Origin: Bacilli bacterium
Lineage (GTDB): Bacteria > Bacillota_I > Bacilli_A > RFN20 > CAG-826
NCBI GenBank assembly: GCA_041654095.1
Contig: JBAZED010000002.1
Coordinates: 25,600 to 89,599, forward strand
DNA length: 64,000 nt
Direction of reading: 5' to 3'
This document shows, one piece after another, positions 17,353 to 30,425 of the stretch (positions are counted from its first letter, which is position 1; the number at the start of each line of letters is the position of its first letter). The position numbers were made by a program, and so were the translations under genes. Below the pieces are notes generated by a model, which was not told the DNA's origin, made no database searches, and saw only the letters and a program-made list of their open reading frames with translations.

Positions 17353-18363
17353 CTATAAATTGGGGTGCGCAGTTGTAAAAGTAAAATCGTCGGGGTCGAG
17401 AAGAGCGCCCGCAAAGGCTCCGACATCTTCGACGCTATATGTGGCGATTTGCTCGGTGTAATCATGGTAGATCGTGTCATCACCGTCAATTTCATAAGTG
17501 CCTTGAAAACTCCTGACGGTCTTTACCATCCCATCGACCACGATAACGGAATGGGAAACGGTTTCTCCCAAGGCTAGTCCGCTCGGAGCGTAAGTACCCG
17601 TCACGAGGAGTTCGAGGCTCGTGCTCGTGTTCAAGTCAGGATTAGCTTCAACTTCACCATCGGCGTTACTGTCGAACTTTTCAGCCGTAAAAGTCAGCGT
17701 GGTGAATATGTGAGAGTCGCCATATTCAACGTACTCATTAACTAAATCGAGGGCAAGAGCTTGGCCATTCACCAGATATAATTCGCGAATGTACGTCTCG
17801 GTGCCATAAACATTTTCGATGGCCACATCGTCTTCTGTTCCAGGGAAATCATAGATTTCATAAAAGCGCGAAATCGCTGGGCAAAAACCATTTCTGAAGA
17901 CTTGATAGTCGGCAGCGAGGCTGTTTGTCACTTCAAGACTTGCTTCTTCGTCATAGTAATTTTCGTACAGAGAATATCCACCTTCGAGAAGCATAACCGC
18001 ATCATAGCGGGTAACGTTTTTGATATACGTGCCGGTAAAATCGCGCGGGTCATCAAGGGTATCCATGACGTCATAATCGACGACATCTTCGAGGGTGTAG
18101 CCAACCGCATTTGCATAGCCGTCGTTCGTGCCTAACAAGTCGAGAATGGCATTGCGATCAGCGGTGTTTTGAAAGCCATCATCCAGGCCTTCGATCGTCG
18201 TCGCTAACGTCGCATCCTCTCCAAACACGAAATCTGCGCTATCGTCCTGGCAAAAAACCTGGCTGCTAGAGCTGGAAGACGAAGATGAATCGCCCTGTCC
18301 GGTACAACCGATGATAAAAAGAGTGGAAAGAGCAAGTAAAGAGATGAGGGATTTCTGTTTCAT
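17353..18363 (-). CDS. hypothetical acidic lipoprotein
   Basis: 336 aa. Lipobox LFIIGC, then an S9 run (DSSSSSSSSSQ), then a highly acidic Asp/Glu/Tyr-rich domain with no motif I recognise. Confidence 0.55.
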   Translation of the reverse strand: MKQKSLISLLALSTLFIIGCTGQGDSSSSSSSSSQVFCQDDSADFVFGEDATLATTIEGLDDGFQNTADRNAILDLLGTNDGYANAVGYTLEDVVDYDVMDTLDDPRDFTGTYIKNVTRYDAVMLLEGGYSLYENYYDEEASLEVTNSLAADYQVFRNGFCPAISRFYEIYDFPGTEDDVAIENVYGTETYIRELYLVNGQALALDLVNEYVEYGDSHIFTTLTFTAEKFDSNADGEVEANPDLNTSTSLELLVTGTYAPSGLALGETVSHSVIVVDGMVKTVRSFQGTYEIDGDDTIYHDYTEQIATYSVEDVGAFAGALLDPDDFTFTTAHPNL

Positions 18364-18440
18364 GGCCTTTGTGTGAAAAGTATCACTTTTCTAATAACAA
18401 GTATAAGTGAATTATGCGCGCTTTTGTATATTTCTTGTAT

Positions 18441-18908
18441 TTATTTGCGCCCTTGATTGCGCTTGTTCTGAAAAAACGAACTGACAAGTTGACCGCATTC
18501 ATTTTCGAGAACGCCACCGCTAACAGCCGGATGGTGGTTGATGTTTTTTTGGTCAAAGAGATTAAATGAACTGGCGAGGGCTCCACCTTTGGGGTCCTCC
18601 GCGCCATAGACGATTCGATCGATTCGCGTCCACATCAAGGTACCGGCGCACATTGAACATGGTTCGATGGTGATATATATGGTGCAGCCGTCGAGTCGCC
18701 ACACGCCAAGTTTTTTGCACGCTTTGCGAACTGCCAGCACTTCCGCGTGAGCGGTTGGGTCGTTCCTTTTTTCGCGCTGATTAAAGGATCGAGCGATGAT
18801 TTTATCGTTTTTAACGATAATTGCACCAACCGGAACCTCGTCGATAAGGAGGGCTTTCCGCGCCTCCTTGAGGGCTTGAGTCATATAATATTCATCGCTT
18901 TTAATCAT
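18441..18908 (-). CDS. tadA: tRNA-specific adenosine deaminase
   Basis: Start set at MIKSDEYYMTQALKEARKA (matches B. subtilis TadA MTQDELYMKEAIKEA). Deaminase zinc motifs HAEVLA and PCSMCAG. Confidence 0.85.
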   Translation of the reverse strand: MIKSDEYYMTQALKEARKALLIDEVPVGAIIVKNDKIIARSFNQREKRNDPTAHAEVLAVRKACKKLGVWRLDGCTIYITIEPCSMCAGTLMWTRIDRIVYGAEDPKGGALASSFNLFDQKNINHHPAVSGGVLENECGQLVSSFFQNKRNQGRK

Positions 18909-19000
18909 ATAAATAAACCATCGCACATGTATCTGCAACTTAAGGCTGCTGCGTCTCCGCCCTGACCTGGTTCATCGTGACACATCGCGATGGCATAGAT

Positions 19001-19032
19001 ATTATATCAATAAATATTGAAAAAATTTATTT
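19001..19032 (-). promoter_or_regulatory. putative extended -10 promoter (TGaTATAAT) for tadA
   Basis: Reverse complement of 19001-19009 is TGATATAAT. The -35 is weak (AT-rich). Overlaps the serS stop/3' region. Confidence 0.3.
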
Positions 19033-20307
19033 TTTGGCTTCGAGTTTCGAAATTCCACCCATGAACGGACGGAGGACTTCGGGGACAATCACACTGCCGT
19101 CAGATTGCTGAAATTGCTCCAAAATCGCCGGTACTAAACGCGATGTCGCCAAGCCGCTGGCATTTAATGTGTGACAAAACTTCATTATGCCGGTCGCTTT
19201 CTCGCGGTAGCGCATCATACCGCGCCGAGCTTGATAATCGCGGGCGTTGGAGGCGCTGGAGACTTCTTTGTAGGTCGCCATGCTGGGAATATAGACTTCG
19301 ATATCGTAGGTGCGGGCCATGGCGTGCGAACAATCCCCGGCTGCTAATTTGCTGACTTGGAAATGAAGACCGAGTTGTTCGACTAGATTTCGAGCCTTCA
19401 TGACCATTTCATCAAAGGCGGCATCAGAACCTTCTTCAGTAGTATATTGGACGATTTCAACTTTGTTGAACTGATAACCGCGAATCATTCCTCTTTCTTC
19501 GGTCCGATATGATCCGGCTTCCGAGCGATAGCACGGGGTATAGGCGAAATATTTGCGCGGCAGCGTCGCGGGATTGAGTATTTCATTGCGATGTAGATTT
19601 ACTAATGCTGTCTCGGCCGTCGGAAGCATAAATTTCTTCGGTGTGACGCCTTCAAGCATAAATACCGCGTCGTTGAACTTTGGAAATTGCCCGGCCACAA
19701 AACCGGACTCGTAGTTGAGGATGTGAGGTGGGAGAATAAACTCGTATCCGTCTCTGAGGTGGTTGGCGATAAAGTAGTTGATTAAAGCCCATTCCAAAAG
19801 CGCGCCCTGGCCGGTGTAAATCCACGTGCCGTGGCCGCTTATTTTCGCGGCTCTTTCATAGTCGACAAGGCCGAGCGATTCGGATAAATCCACGTGATCT
19901 TTGATTTTAAAATCAAAAACCGGTTTGCTGCCGTATTGATAAACGACGCGATTGTTTTCTTTGCCACCTCCCAATAAATCATCATCGGGGATATTGGGGA
20001 GGGCGGAGACGAAATCAAAAATCTGTGCTTCAATCGCTTTTAAGCGAGCCTCATGGACGGCATTTTCGGCCGCTAGAACTTTCACGCGAACAAAAATCGA
20101 GGCGACATCGCCACCGCTTTTCTTGATTTGCGAGACAGATGCCGATAATTTGTTTTGTTCGGCTTTTGAACTCTCGACTTTAATCAGGAGATGTTTGCGC
20201 TCCTCGACCAGAGCAATTAACGGTTCAAACGCGACATCGTAAAGCTTTTTTTTGAGAGCTTCCTTTATTTTGGTGGGGTCTTCCGTAATCAGTTTGATAT
20301 CGAGCAT
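19027..20307 (-). CDS. serS: seryl-tRNA synthetase
   Basis: Start set at MLDIKLITEDP (canonical SerRS N-terminus) with GGAGGAGG SD. N-terminal coiled-coil arm plus class II catalytic core (FAYTPCYRSEAGS, GLATSR). Confidence 0.95.
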   Translation of the reverse strand: MLDIKLITEDPTKIKEALKKKLYDVAFEPLIALVEERKHLLIKVESSKAEQNKLSASVSQIKKSGGDVASIFVRVKVLAAENAVHEARLKAIEAQIFDFVSALPNIPDDDLLGGGKENNRVVYQYGSKPVFDFKIKDHVDLSESLGLVDYERAAKISGHGTWIYTGQGALLEWALINYFIANHLRDGYEFILPPHILNYESGFVAGQFPKFNDAVFMLEGVTPKKFMLPTAETALVNLHRNEILNPATLPRKYFAYTPCYRSEAGSYRTEERGMIRGYQFNKVEIVQYTTEEGSDAAFDEMVMKARNLVEQLGLHFQVSKLAAGDCSHAMARTYDIEVYIPSMATYKEVSSASNARDYQARRGMMRYREKATGIMKFCHTLNASGLATSRLVPAILEQFQQSDGSVIVPEVLRPFMGGISKLEAKK

Positions 20308-20328
20308 ATTATTGGCCTCCTCCATCGC

Positions 20329-21330
20329 CTAAGCGATAAGACTTGAGTATATTTTGCATAGTTCCTTGCCGATTTCGGTGAGGCTTTCCGCTTTGGCAAT
20401 CGCATAGGCTTTGGCAGCTTTGGACGGAATTTCGCCCGCGAAAAACTTCTTTAGATCAGCGGCGACTTCGGGTAGTGTATCGCTTATATAAGCATATCCT
20501 TTATTAAGGACTTTGGCATCGAAAACAATCGGGCCGAGGCCGATAATCTGGCATTTGGCCGCAATCGCGTCCAACATGGTGATGGCATTATACTTGCGGC
20601 GGTTCACTATCAAAAAGACATCGGCATTCATCATGACTGAACGGTAAACATCTTCGGGAATAATGGGGTTAAATCGCAAGTTGCGCGGCGATTTGCGAAG
20701 AAGGCGGCGAATCTTGTTGGGAAGAAATAAGAGATGTTTGGCCTGACCAAAGTACAAAAATTTGTAATCCGGACAAAGTTTGGCGATTTCGACGATGTTG
20801 CGCATTTCTTCGCGGCTGTCGTACTGACCGAAAGCAACGATCGTCTTCGCGTCTTTATTAAATCGGAAGTAGCGATAGAACAAATCGGCTTCGAGCTGAT
20901 CACTTTTTTCAAAGCGCGAAATATTGACACCAGGTGATAAAACGATAATTTTGGTTTTGATTCCCTGTTTGATTAAGAAATCTTTCCCGGATTCATTTGG
21001 AACGAGGACGGCGTTGACTTTATTGAGAATGCGAAGAGCACGAGTGCTCAACCGCACCTCGCCATCGCGGGTTATTTCGGTAATTTTGGCGACCGGATCT
21101 GATTCGCACATCAACGCCGAGAAAACGACCGGTTTTTTTAACTCGAGAGCGTCGTTAATTTTCATCTCATCAGCAATCGAAAGAAAGTGCGCCACATCAT
21201 AATAGTCAATGCTGTTTTTGGCAATTTCAATATTGCTTAATTCCAAGGCGCCTTTAATGTTTTTGCGAAGGCGCATGCCCTCGTAAACATCTTTCAAAAC
21301 GCGCGGTTGGAAATGGACAAAAACTTTCAT
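20329..21330 (-). CDS. glycosyltransferase, GT4/GT1-like (possible membrane glycolipid synthase)
   Basis: 333 aa, cytoplasmic, Rossmann-like halves. It sits compactly between gyrA and serS. Family assignment is by overall architecture only. Confidence 0.55.
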   Translation of the reverse strand: MKVFVHFQPRVLKDVYEGMRLRKNIKGALELSNIEIAKNSIDYYDVAHFLSIADEMKINDALELKKPVVFSALMCESDPVAKITEITRDGEVRLSTRALRILNKVNAVLVPNESGKDFLIKQGIKTKIIVLSPGVNISRFEKSDQLEADLFYRYFRFNKDAKTIVAFGQYDSREEMRNIVEIAKLCPDYKFLYFGQAKHLLFLPNKIRRLLRKSPRNLRFNPIIPEDVYRSVMMNADVFLIVNRRKYNAITMLDAIAAKCQIIGLGPIVFDAKVLNKGYAYISDTLPEVAADLKKFFAGEIPSKAAKAYAIAKAESLTEIGKELCKIYSSLIA

Positions 21331-21335
21331 AAAAA

Positions 21336-23912
21336 TTAGATATCTGCGTCGTTTTCTTCGGGAACCGCTGCTATTTCTTCATCTTCGTCAAGCGGTTGCG
21401 GTTCTTCAAAATCGCCGTTTTCCAAGTGAGGGACAATAGCGATTGACGACACTTTTTGCCGCCCATCGAGTTTGATGACACGGACTCCTTGCGTGTTCCG
21501 ACCGGCGACCTTCACTTGATCGAGCGGAATGCGAATTATCGTTCCGCCGGCGGTTACAATCATCAGATCTTCATCGCCGTTGACGGCGCGAAGGGCGACT
21601 AGTTTGCCGTTCTTGTCGGTCGTGTTGATCGTCAAAACGCCTTTAGCCCCGCGCTTCGTCAGACGATAGCTTTCGGCGGGTGACATTTTGCCGTAACCTT
21701 TTTGCGTGATAGCCAGAATAAATTCGCCTTCGAGGGAGGTGGTGGCGCTGACAACTTCAGCCCCGCCCGTGCTCATGCCTTTGACGCCGGCTGCGGTCCG
21801 GCCCATAGCCCGAACATCGGTCTCGTTGAATTTGACCATTTTACCATTGATGGAAGCGAGGCCGATAAAGGCCTTGCCGTCGGTCCGCTTAACATCGAGC
21901 AAAGCGTCGCTTTCTCTTAACGAAATGGCGATTTTACCGTTTTGGCGAATTGAGGCGAACTCAGAGAGTTTCGTCCGTTTTACGACGCCGTTAACAGTGA
22001 TAAAGAACAGATAATGTTCTTCGTGATAATCGTCGAGCGAGATGATCGACATGATGCGCTCATCTTTCTCGAGATTGAGAATGAGATTTTGAATCGGCGT
22101 GCCTTTCGAAGCGCGCCCGCTTTCAGGAATGGCATATCCGCGCATCCTGTACACCTTGCCGAGGTTTGAAAAGAATAGGACGTCGGTGTGGGTTTTAGTG
22201 TGGACGATAATCGAGACGACATCATTGTCGTTGGTGTTCATTCCTTTGACTCCGCGGCCGCCGCGATTTTGGGTCCGAAAAGTATCGGTCGTCATCCTCT
22301 TAACGTAATTATTCGCGGTTAGAGCTATGACGATCTCCTCTTCAGGGATTAGCGATTCGTCTTCAATCGTGGCGAGTTCGTTGCTGATTTCCGTCTTGCG
22401 CTCATCGCCAAAGCGGGCCTTGATTTCAAGGAGCTCTTCAATGATGACGTCGATGACTTTTCCGCGAGAGCTTAAAATGTCGCGGTACTTCGCAATGTTG
22501 ATTTCGAGCTGAACTCTTTCGGCTTCCAACTTCTGTTTTTCAAGGCCGGTCAGACGGCGGAGCGTCATCGCGAGGATGGCTTGCGTCTGAATCTCGGTAA
22601 GATTGAATTTTTCAATCAGCTTTTGTGAAGCTTCTTCGGGGGTTGCGGCCTTTTTGATTAAATCAACGATCTCATCGATGTTATCGATAGCCGTCAACAA
22701 GCCGAGGACGACGTGGTCGCGAGCTTCGTCTTTTGCCAGCCTGAACTTTGTGCGGTTTTCGATGACGACAACCTGGTGGTTAACGTAGCCCAATAGAATC
22801 TCGTTGATAGGTAACACTTTTGGCGCGCCATCGACAAGGCAGAGCATGATGATGCCATAGCTCACTTGCAGCTGCGTATTTTTGAACAGCTGATTCAAGA
22901 TTACTTCGGGAATCATGTCGCGGCGGACTTCGATGACGATGCGAATGCCTTCTTTGTTGGATTCGTCGCGCACATCGGTGATGCCCTCGATGATTTTTTC
23001 TTTGACGAGGTTGGCGATCGATTCAATCATCCGAGCTTTATTGACTTGATATGGGATTTCATAGATGATGATTCTCTTTTTGCCGCTCTCGGTTTCATCA
23101 ATCAGTGCCTTGCTACGCAAAGCGATGCTGCCGCTGCCGGTTTCGTAGGCGTCTTTAATGCCGCCGCGACCCAGAATTGTACCTCCGGTCGGAAAGTCGG
23201 GACCAGGAAGATATTGTTCCATGATTTCTAACGGGGTTAGGAGAGGGTTGCGAGCGACGGCGATTGTCGCATCGATCGTCTCCGCCAAATTGTGAGGTGG
23301 AATGTTGGTGGCCATGCCGACAGCGATGCCGGCACTGCCGTTGATCAGCAAGTTCGGAAAGCGGGAAGGAAGAACGCTCGGCTCTTTTTCCGTGCCGTCG
23401 TAGTTATCGACAAATGGGACGGTTTCATCGTTGATGTCGCGCACCATTTCCATCGACAATTTAGTCATGCGCGCTTCGGTGTAACGCATGGCGGCGGCTT
23501 CGTCACCATCGACACTTCCGAAGTTGCCGTGACCATCGACTAAGGTGTAGCGCATCGAAAAGGGTTGCGCCAAACGCACAAGCGTTGAGTAAATGGCGGC
23601 GTCACCATGGGGGTGATATTTACCCATGACATCGCCGACGATACGAGCACATTTCTTATAAGGTTTGTCGGGTTGCATCCCCGATTCGTTCATCCCGAAG
23701 ATGATGCGGCGATGAACTGGTTTTAAACCGTCGCGAACATCGGGAATGGCGCGGCTGACAATGACCGACATCGAATAATCGAGGAACGAGCTGCGGACCT
23801 CTTTGGAAATATCAACATCGCGGAGACCCGGAACGATTCCGGCTTCGATTTTGTCGATTTCGGCTTCGCTTTCACCATCGACAGCATCGATAATCTTTTC
23901 TTTTTCTTCCAT
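21336..23912 (-). CDS. gyrA: DNA gyrase subunit A
   Basis: 858 aa. Active-site Tyr region [10 protein letters not shown] and the QRDR context ([17 protein letters not shown]). C-terminal beta-pinwheel repeats and acidic tail. Confidence 0.97.
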   Translation of the reverse strand: MEEKEKIIDAVDGESEAEIDKIEAGIVPGLRDVDISKEVRSSFLDYSMSVIVSRAIPDVRDGLKPVHRRIIFGMNESGMQPDKPYKKCARIVGDVMGKYHPHGDAAIYSTLVRLAQPFSMRYTLVDGHGNFGSVDGDEAAAMRYTEARMTKLSMEMVRDINDETVPFVDNYDGTEKEPSVLPSRFPNLLINGSAGIAVGMATNIPPHNLAETIDATIAVARNPLLTPLEIMEQYLPGPDFPTGGTILGRGGIKDAYETGSGSIALRSKALIDETESGKKRIIIYEIPYQVNKARMIESIANLVKEKIIEGITDVRDESNKEGIRIVIEVRRDMIPEVILNQLFKNTQLQVSYGIIMLCLVDGAPKVLPINEILLGYVNHQVVVIENRTKFRLAKDEARDHVVLGLLTAIDNIDEIVDLIKKAATPEEASQKLIEKFNLTEIQTQAILAMTLRRLTGLEKQKLEAERVQLEINIAKYRDILSSRGKVIDVIIEELLEIKARFGDERKTEISNELATIEDESLIPEEEIVIALTANNYVKRMTTDTFRTQNRGGRGVKGMNTNDNDVVSIIVHTKTHTDVLFFSNLGKVYRMRGYAIPESGRASKGTPIQNLILNLEKDERIMSIISLDDYHEEHYLFFITVNGVVKRTKLSEFASIRQNGKIAISLRESDALLDVKRTDGKAFIGLASINGKMVKFNETDVRAMGRTAAGVKGMSTGGAEVVSATTSLEGEFILAITQKGYGKMSPAESYRLTKRGAKGVLTINTTDKNGKLVALRAVNGDEDLMIVTAGGTIIRIPLDQVKVAGRNTQGVRVIKLDGRQKVSSIAIVPHLENGDFEEPQPLDEDEEIAAVPEENDADI

Positions 23913-23930
23913 CTTCAGTGTGCTCCTTGA

Positions 23931-26994
<3,064 letters not shown>

Positions 26995-26998
<4 letters not shown>

Positions 26999-27219
26999 TG
27001 TTGAACGATGCGATAGGCATTTCCTTCGATTTCGACAACATTCAGATTTCGCAATTTCCTTCCTCGCCGATTGTCACTCACGCCATCGATGAGAATATCG
27101 TGGGTAGTAAGATAGCTTTTTGCTTCGCCTCCCGAACCGATCAAGTCCGCGATTTTCAGCATCTGCCCGAGGGTAATAAAAGCGGTCGAAATGCGAATTT
27201 CCACCGTTTTTTTAATCAT
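26995..27219 (-). CDS. yaaA: S4-like RNA-binding protein YaaA
   Basis: 74 aa MIKKTVEIRISTAFITLGQMLKIADLIGSGGEAKSYL.... Conserved position between dnaN and recF. Confidence 0.8.
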
Positions 27220-27262
27220 AAAAAAACCCTTCTTTTTTACTCACAAGAATATTATACACTAT

Positions 27263-27292
27263 ATAAAAGAAAAAGGGAATATTAATTCCCTT
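27263..27292 (-). terminator. intrinsic terminator after dnaN (AAGGGAAT-atta-ATTCCCTT plus U-run on the minus strand)
   Basis: Plus strand reads aaaagaaaaagggaatattaattcccttgctg. Confidence 0.6.
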
Positions 27293-27327
27293 GCTGAACA
27301 TATGTGGATTTCTTGCCTTTATTCGGC

Positions 27328-28449
27328 TCAGAAGGTGCGTACAGGGGTGACTAACTGAACGACCGAGTCATCTTTGCTGTTCTTAATTACAAACGGCTTC
27401 ATTTCGCCTATAAACGCCACCGTCACATCCTCGGCTTTTACGGCGCGAATGGCTGCGATGACATATTCGCTGTTGAAGCTCATTTCTAGGCGATCGCCGC
27501 TGAATTGGAAAGTCGAAATTTTTTCGTTAGCCGATCCGACTTGGGCCGACTTGCTGGCGACCTCGAGGGCGTCTTCGGTCATCGATAGCTTAACGACGTT
27601 TTCTCGTTCGACCGAAAGAAGCGAGGCTCTTTCCATCGCGGAAATCAATTCTTGAGAATTAACTTCGAGGAAATAATTGAACGTCTTGGGTATGATATTC
27701 TTGGTGTTTGGGTATTCGCCGTTAATCAAGCGGGAAGACACAAGTGTGTTGTCGAAAGAAAATAAAATTTTCTTATCGCTGACGGCCAGTGTAACTTTAT
27801 GAGCGCTTTCAAACATCTTTGTGATTTCAACCAACGTGCGTGCTGGAACGTTCGACGAAAATGAAACGACATCGTCGACGCTAATTTCTTTGCGAGCCAA
27901 CCTAGCCGAGTCGGTGGCGGTGGCGATCAATTTGCCGCTAGAAGCCTCGAGGTTAACGGCCGTAAGAATCGGGCGCTGTTCTTTGTTCGATGCGGCGAAG
28001 GCGGTCTGATCGACGAGCTTAGCGAAGTCTTGGCAAGGGAGTTCAAAAACAACTCCTGTGGGTTCTAGGTCGACTTCTGGATATTCATCAGCTCTAATCG
28101 AATTAAGTTTGAAACTTGATTTCCCGTCATCGATTTTTACGATGGTTTCATCAACGACCTCGATGGCGAGCTCTTCGCCTTCCATCCTTCTGGCGATTTC
28201 GGTAATTATTTTACTGGCAACAAGGGTAGCGCCATATTTGGCATTGCGAATTATTTCGCGTTCGCCGATCATGTTTGGAACAAGTGTATTGATGGTTAGC
28301 TCGTTGTTCCCACCGATGATCGTCAGTCCTTTTTCATTGAGAACTAACTTGAGATTCATTAAAAGCGGAACCGGCACTTTCGAGCCGATTGCTTTGGCGG
28401 CTATCGTCAAGCCTTTAAGTAGCTGTTCGCGATTTATCGTTAGTCTCAT
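27328..28449 (-). CDS. dnaN: DNA polymerase III beta sliding clamp
   Basis: 373 aa MRLTINREQLLKGLTIAAKAIGSKVPVPLLMNLKL.... AAGGAG SD. Confidence 0.95.
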   Translation of the reverse strand: MRLTINREQLLKGLTIAAKAIGSKVPVPLLMNLKLVLNEKGLTIIGGNNELTINTLVPNMIGEREIIRNAKYGATLVASKIITEIARRMEGEELAIEVVDETIVKIDDGKSSFKLNSIRADEYPEVDLEPTGVVFELPCQDFAKLVDQTAFAASNKEQRPILTAVNLEASSGKLIATATDSARLARKEISVDDVVSFSSNVPARTLVEITKMFESAHKVTLAVSDKKILFSFDNTLVSSRLINGEYPNTKNIIPKTFNYFLEVNSQELISAMERASLLSVERENVVKLSMTEDALEVASKSAQVGSANEKISTFQFSGDRLEMSFNSEYVIAAIRAVKAEDVTVAFIGEMKPFVIKNSKDDSVVQLVTPVRTF

Positions 28450-28488
28450 TTCTTTTCTCCTTAAGAATAAAGAATTAATAATTAGCGC

Positions 28489-28506
28489 TGTGGATTGTGT
28501 GGATAA
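28489..28506. other. two tandem DnaA boxes (TGTGGATTG TGTGGATAA) in the dnaA-dnaN intergenic part of oriC
   Basis: Perfect consensus 9-mer TGTGGATAA at 28498-28506 and a one-mismatch box immediately upstream. An AT-rich run (acattttttattttataaaca, 28565-28585) follows just past the dnaA stop and is a candidate unwinding element. Confidence 0.6.
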
Positions 28507-28585
28507 CCGTTTCGGTTCTCCGTCGCCTTCTTAGTAATTGTATCATATCGACATTGTCGTATGTACATTTTTTATTTTATAAACA

Positions 28586-29941
28586 TTACTTTTTCAAACG
28601 CTTTTTCAAATCGTTAATCGCCGTTTGTAGACCAACATCATTTTTCAACGCTTTATCCACTTTTTCGACGGCGTTCATAACAGTCGTGTGGTCCTTGCCT
28701 CCGAACGCCGCTCCGATTTTGGTCAGAGGAACGTCGAGCATCGAGCGAATTAGGTACATCGCGATATGGCGGGCCATAGCTATTTGGCTGGTTCTGATCT
28801 TACCGACCAATTGCGACGGGGTCAGGTTGTAATAATCGGCGACGACGTTGATGATCTTGGTCTCGCTCAATTTAGTTTTAGTTTCTTTAACATCGATTAG
28901 CGACTGGACGGATTCAATGGCCACACCCATGTCGATGTGCGCGGTTGGTTTAATGTTAATTGTATAGAACAACAAACGGTTAAATGCACCCTCTAATTCG
29001 CGCACGTTTTTCGAAAACTTCTCCGCAAAAAAAGCTAGCACATCATCGTCGAAATTGGCAATATCGAGGTTATTTGCAGAGATTTTAAGTTTTAGTATTT
29101 CGATGCAAGTCGCAACGTCGGGAGTGGCGATATTAACAGTTAATCCGGCGTTAAATCTCGACACCAAACGCGCTTCTACGCCTTGCAACTCACCGGGGTG
29201 CTTATCGCTTGTCAAGACGATTTGTTTTCCGGCGTTGACCATCGACGAAAAGATGTAAAAAAACATTTCTTCAGTCTTCGATTTATTAGCTAAAAATTGA
29301 ATGTCATCGATTAACAAAACATCGATTCCCTTAAAATAATCTTTAAGGTTTTCGCCCTCTTTATCCCCGGTTACGTACTTGATAAACTCCTCGAAAAAAT
29401 CCTCGGTCGATAAATATAGAACTTTGCTTACGGGCGCGTTTTCCCTTATATAATTGCCGATGGCGTGGAGGAGGTGCGTTTTTCCCAGTCCAGATTGCGA
29501 ATAGATGAACAAAGGATTGTATAGTTTGCCGGGAGTCGACGCGATCATGAGGGCCGCTTGATAAGCTTCTCGATTTGATGAGCCGACAACGAAATTATCG
29601 AACGTCAGTTTTGAGTTGATGTACGAGCTGGCAAAAAAGGTCGGTTTACTCGGCGCTTGTTTGATGACGGTCTGAACTTCGCTTGATTGAACAAATTTGA
29701 GTTTGAAGTCTGTCTCGGTGCATTCGCGAACAACACCGGTTAACATGTCGAGATATTTAGTTGAGAGAAGATTGGCGGCCAACCCTGAGTTGACGACGAC
29801 CACCATCATGTCACCATCGATGCTATTAATATACGAACCACTGAGGAACGTATCATAGATACGAGCGTCATTGATTCGGCTTTTTGTGCTTTCGAGGATT
29901 CGATCCCACAACTTTGTGATTTCTGAGATTGTGCTGGTCAT
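28586..29941 (-). CDS. dnaA: chromosomal replication initiator DnaA
   Basis: Start set at ATG 29941 (MTSTISEITKLWDRILE...) with GGAGGA SD; the ORF-track extension has no SD. AAA+ Walker A GQSGLGKTHLLHAIGN, and a C-terminal DNA-binding domain with the DnaA signature. Confidence 0.97.
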   Translation of the reverse strand: MTSTISEITKLWDRILESTKSRINDARIYDTFLSGSYINSIDGDMMVVVVNSGLAANLLSTKYLDMLTGVVRECTETDFKLKFVQSSEVQTVIKQAPSKPTFFASSYINSKLTFDNFVVGSSNREAYQAALMIASTPGKLYNPLFIYSQSGLGKTHLLHAIGNYIRENAPVSKVLYLSTEDFFEEFIKYVTGDKEGENLKDYFKGIDVLLIDDIQFLANKSKTEEMFFYIFSSMVNAGKQIVLTSDKHPGELQGVEARLVSRFNAGLTVNIATPDVATCIEILKLKISANNLDIANFDDDVLAFFAEKFSKNVRELEGAFNRLLFYTINIKPTAHIDMGVAIESVQSLIDVKETKTKLSETKIINVVADYYNLTPSQLVGKIRTSQIAMARHIAMYLIRSMLDVPLTKIGAAFGGKDHTTVMNAVEKVDKALKNDVGLQTAINDLKKRLKK

Positions 29942-29972
29942 AAGCAATCCTCCAAGTACATAAAAATATAAC

Positions 29973-30116
29973 ATATCCACAGGCGAAAAACACCCGAAAA
30001 AGCACCGAAATTTAGTTTTCCACATTTTGTCGCAAAAAACGGTCGATTTGGCGCGATAATTTCACTATCCACAAAATGATAATGTGGAAAACTTGTGGAA
30101 AGGCAATTGTGGAAAT
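29973..30116. other. oriC DnaA-box cluster upstream of dnaA
   Basis: At least six 9-mers matching TTATCCACA with 1 mismatch or fewer, in both orientations: aTATCCACA 29973-81; TTTTCCACA 30016-24; cTATCCACA 30065-73; TGTGGAAAA 30083-91; TGTGGAAAG 30094-102; TGTGGAAAT 30108-116. Weaker boxes at 30141, 30161, 30254. Confidence 0.7.
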
Positions 30117-30362
30117 AGAGACGGGGAGCATGTTGGCATGTATTCACAATCGCCTCTTGTTGTTCACAGGAAATAATTCCGATTTTATCGACACATTTAT
30201 GATATTTGCACCAGAAAATTTCACCGAATTAACATTCTGCGAGTAAGTGAAAATTCCCCACACCATCACGGAGAAACATTACAATTTTATTCAAGTTTTA
30301 GTGGAAAGGACTTCATCAAACGCATCGTTCCCATTTTATTCGTTATGCGCCTAAGTATTTAA

Positions 30363-30391
30363 TTGACTTAATATACATTAAACTATATAAT
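30363..30391 (+). promoter_or_regulatory. sigma-A type promoter for rpmH-rnpA-yidC (TTGACT-N17-TATAAT)
   Basis: TTGACT at 30363-68, 17-nt spacer, TATAAT at 30386-91. GAGGAG SD at 30413-18 precedes the rpmH ATG at 30426. Confidence 0.6.
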
Positions 30392-30425
30392 CATTTCGCG
30401 TAATCACACACGAGGAGATTAGATT

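Noticed and set aside
18364-18440. Small RNA (scRNA/ffs) expected after tadA in Bacillus-type genomes
   Set aside because: Only 77 nt separate tadA from the next ORF. No SRP-RNA domain IV motif is visible. The hairpin GAAAAGU-auc-ACUUUUC sits at the lipoprotein RBS instead.
22866-23231. 121-aa plus-strand ORF inside gyrA; similar antisense ORFs at 26171-26867 (recF), 28058-28534 (dnaN), 55273-55866 (ftsH) and 63095-63532 (BspA-like)
   Set aside because: All are antisense to strongly conserved genes. They lack SD sequences and have skewed composition, as expected for shadow ORFs.
29942-30425. CRISPR-like or other short tandem repeats in the 480-bp dnaA-rpmH spacer
   Set aside because: The repeated 9-mers are DnaA boxes in mixed orientation with irregular spacing, not a direct-repeat/spacer array.
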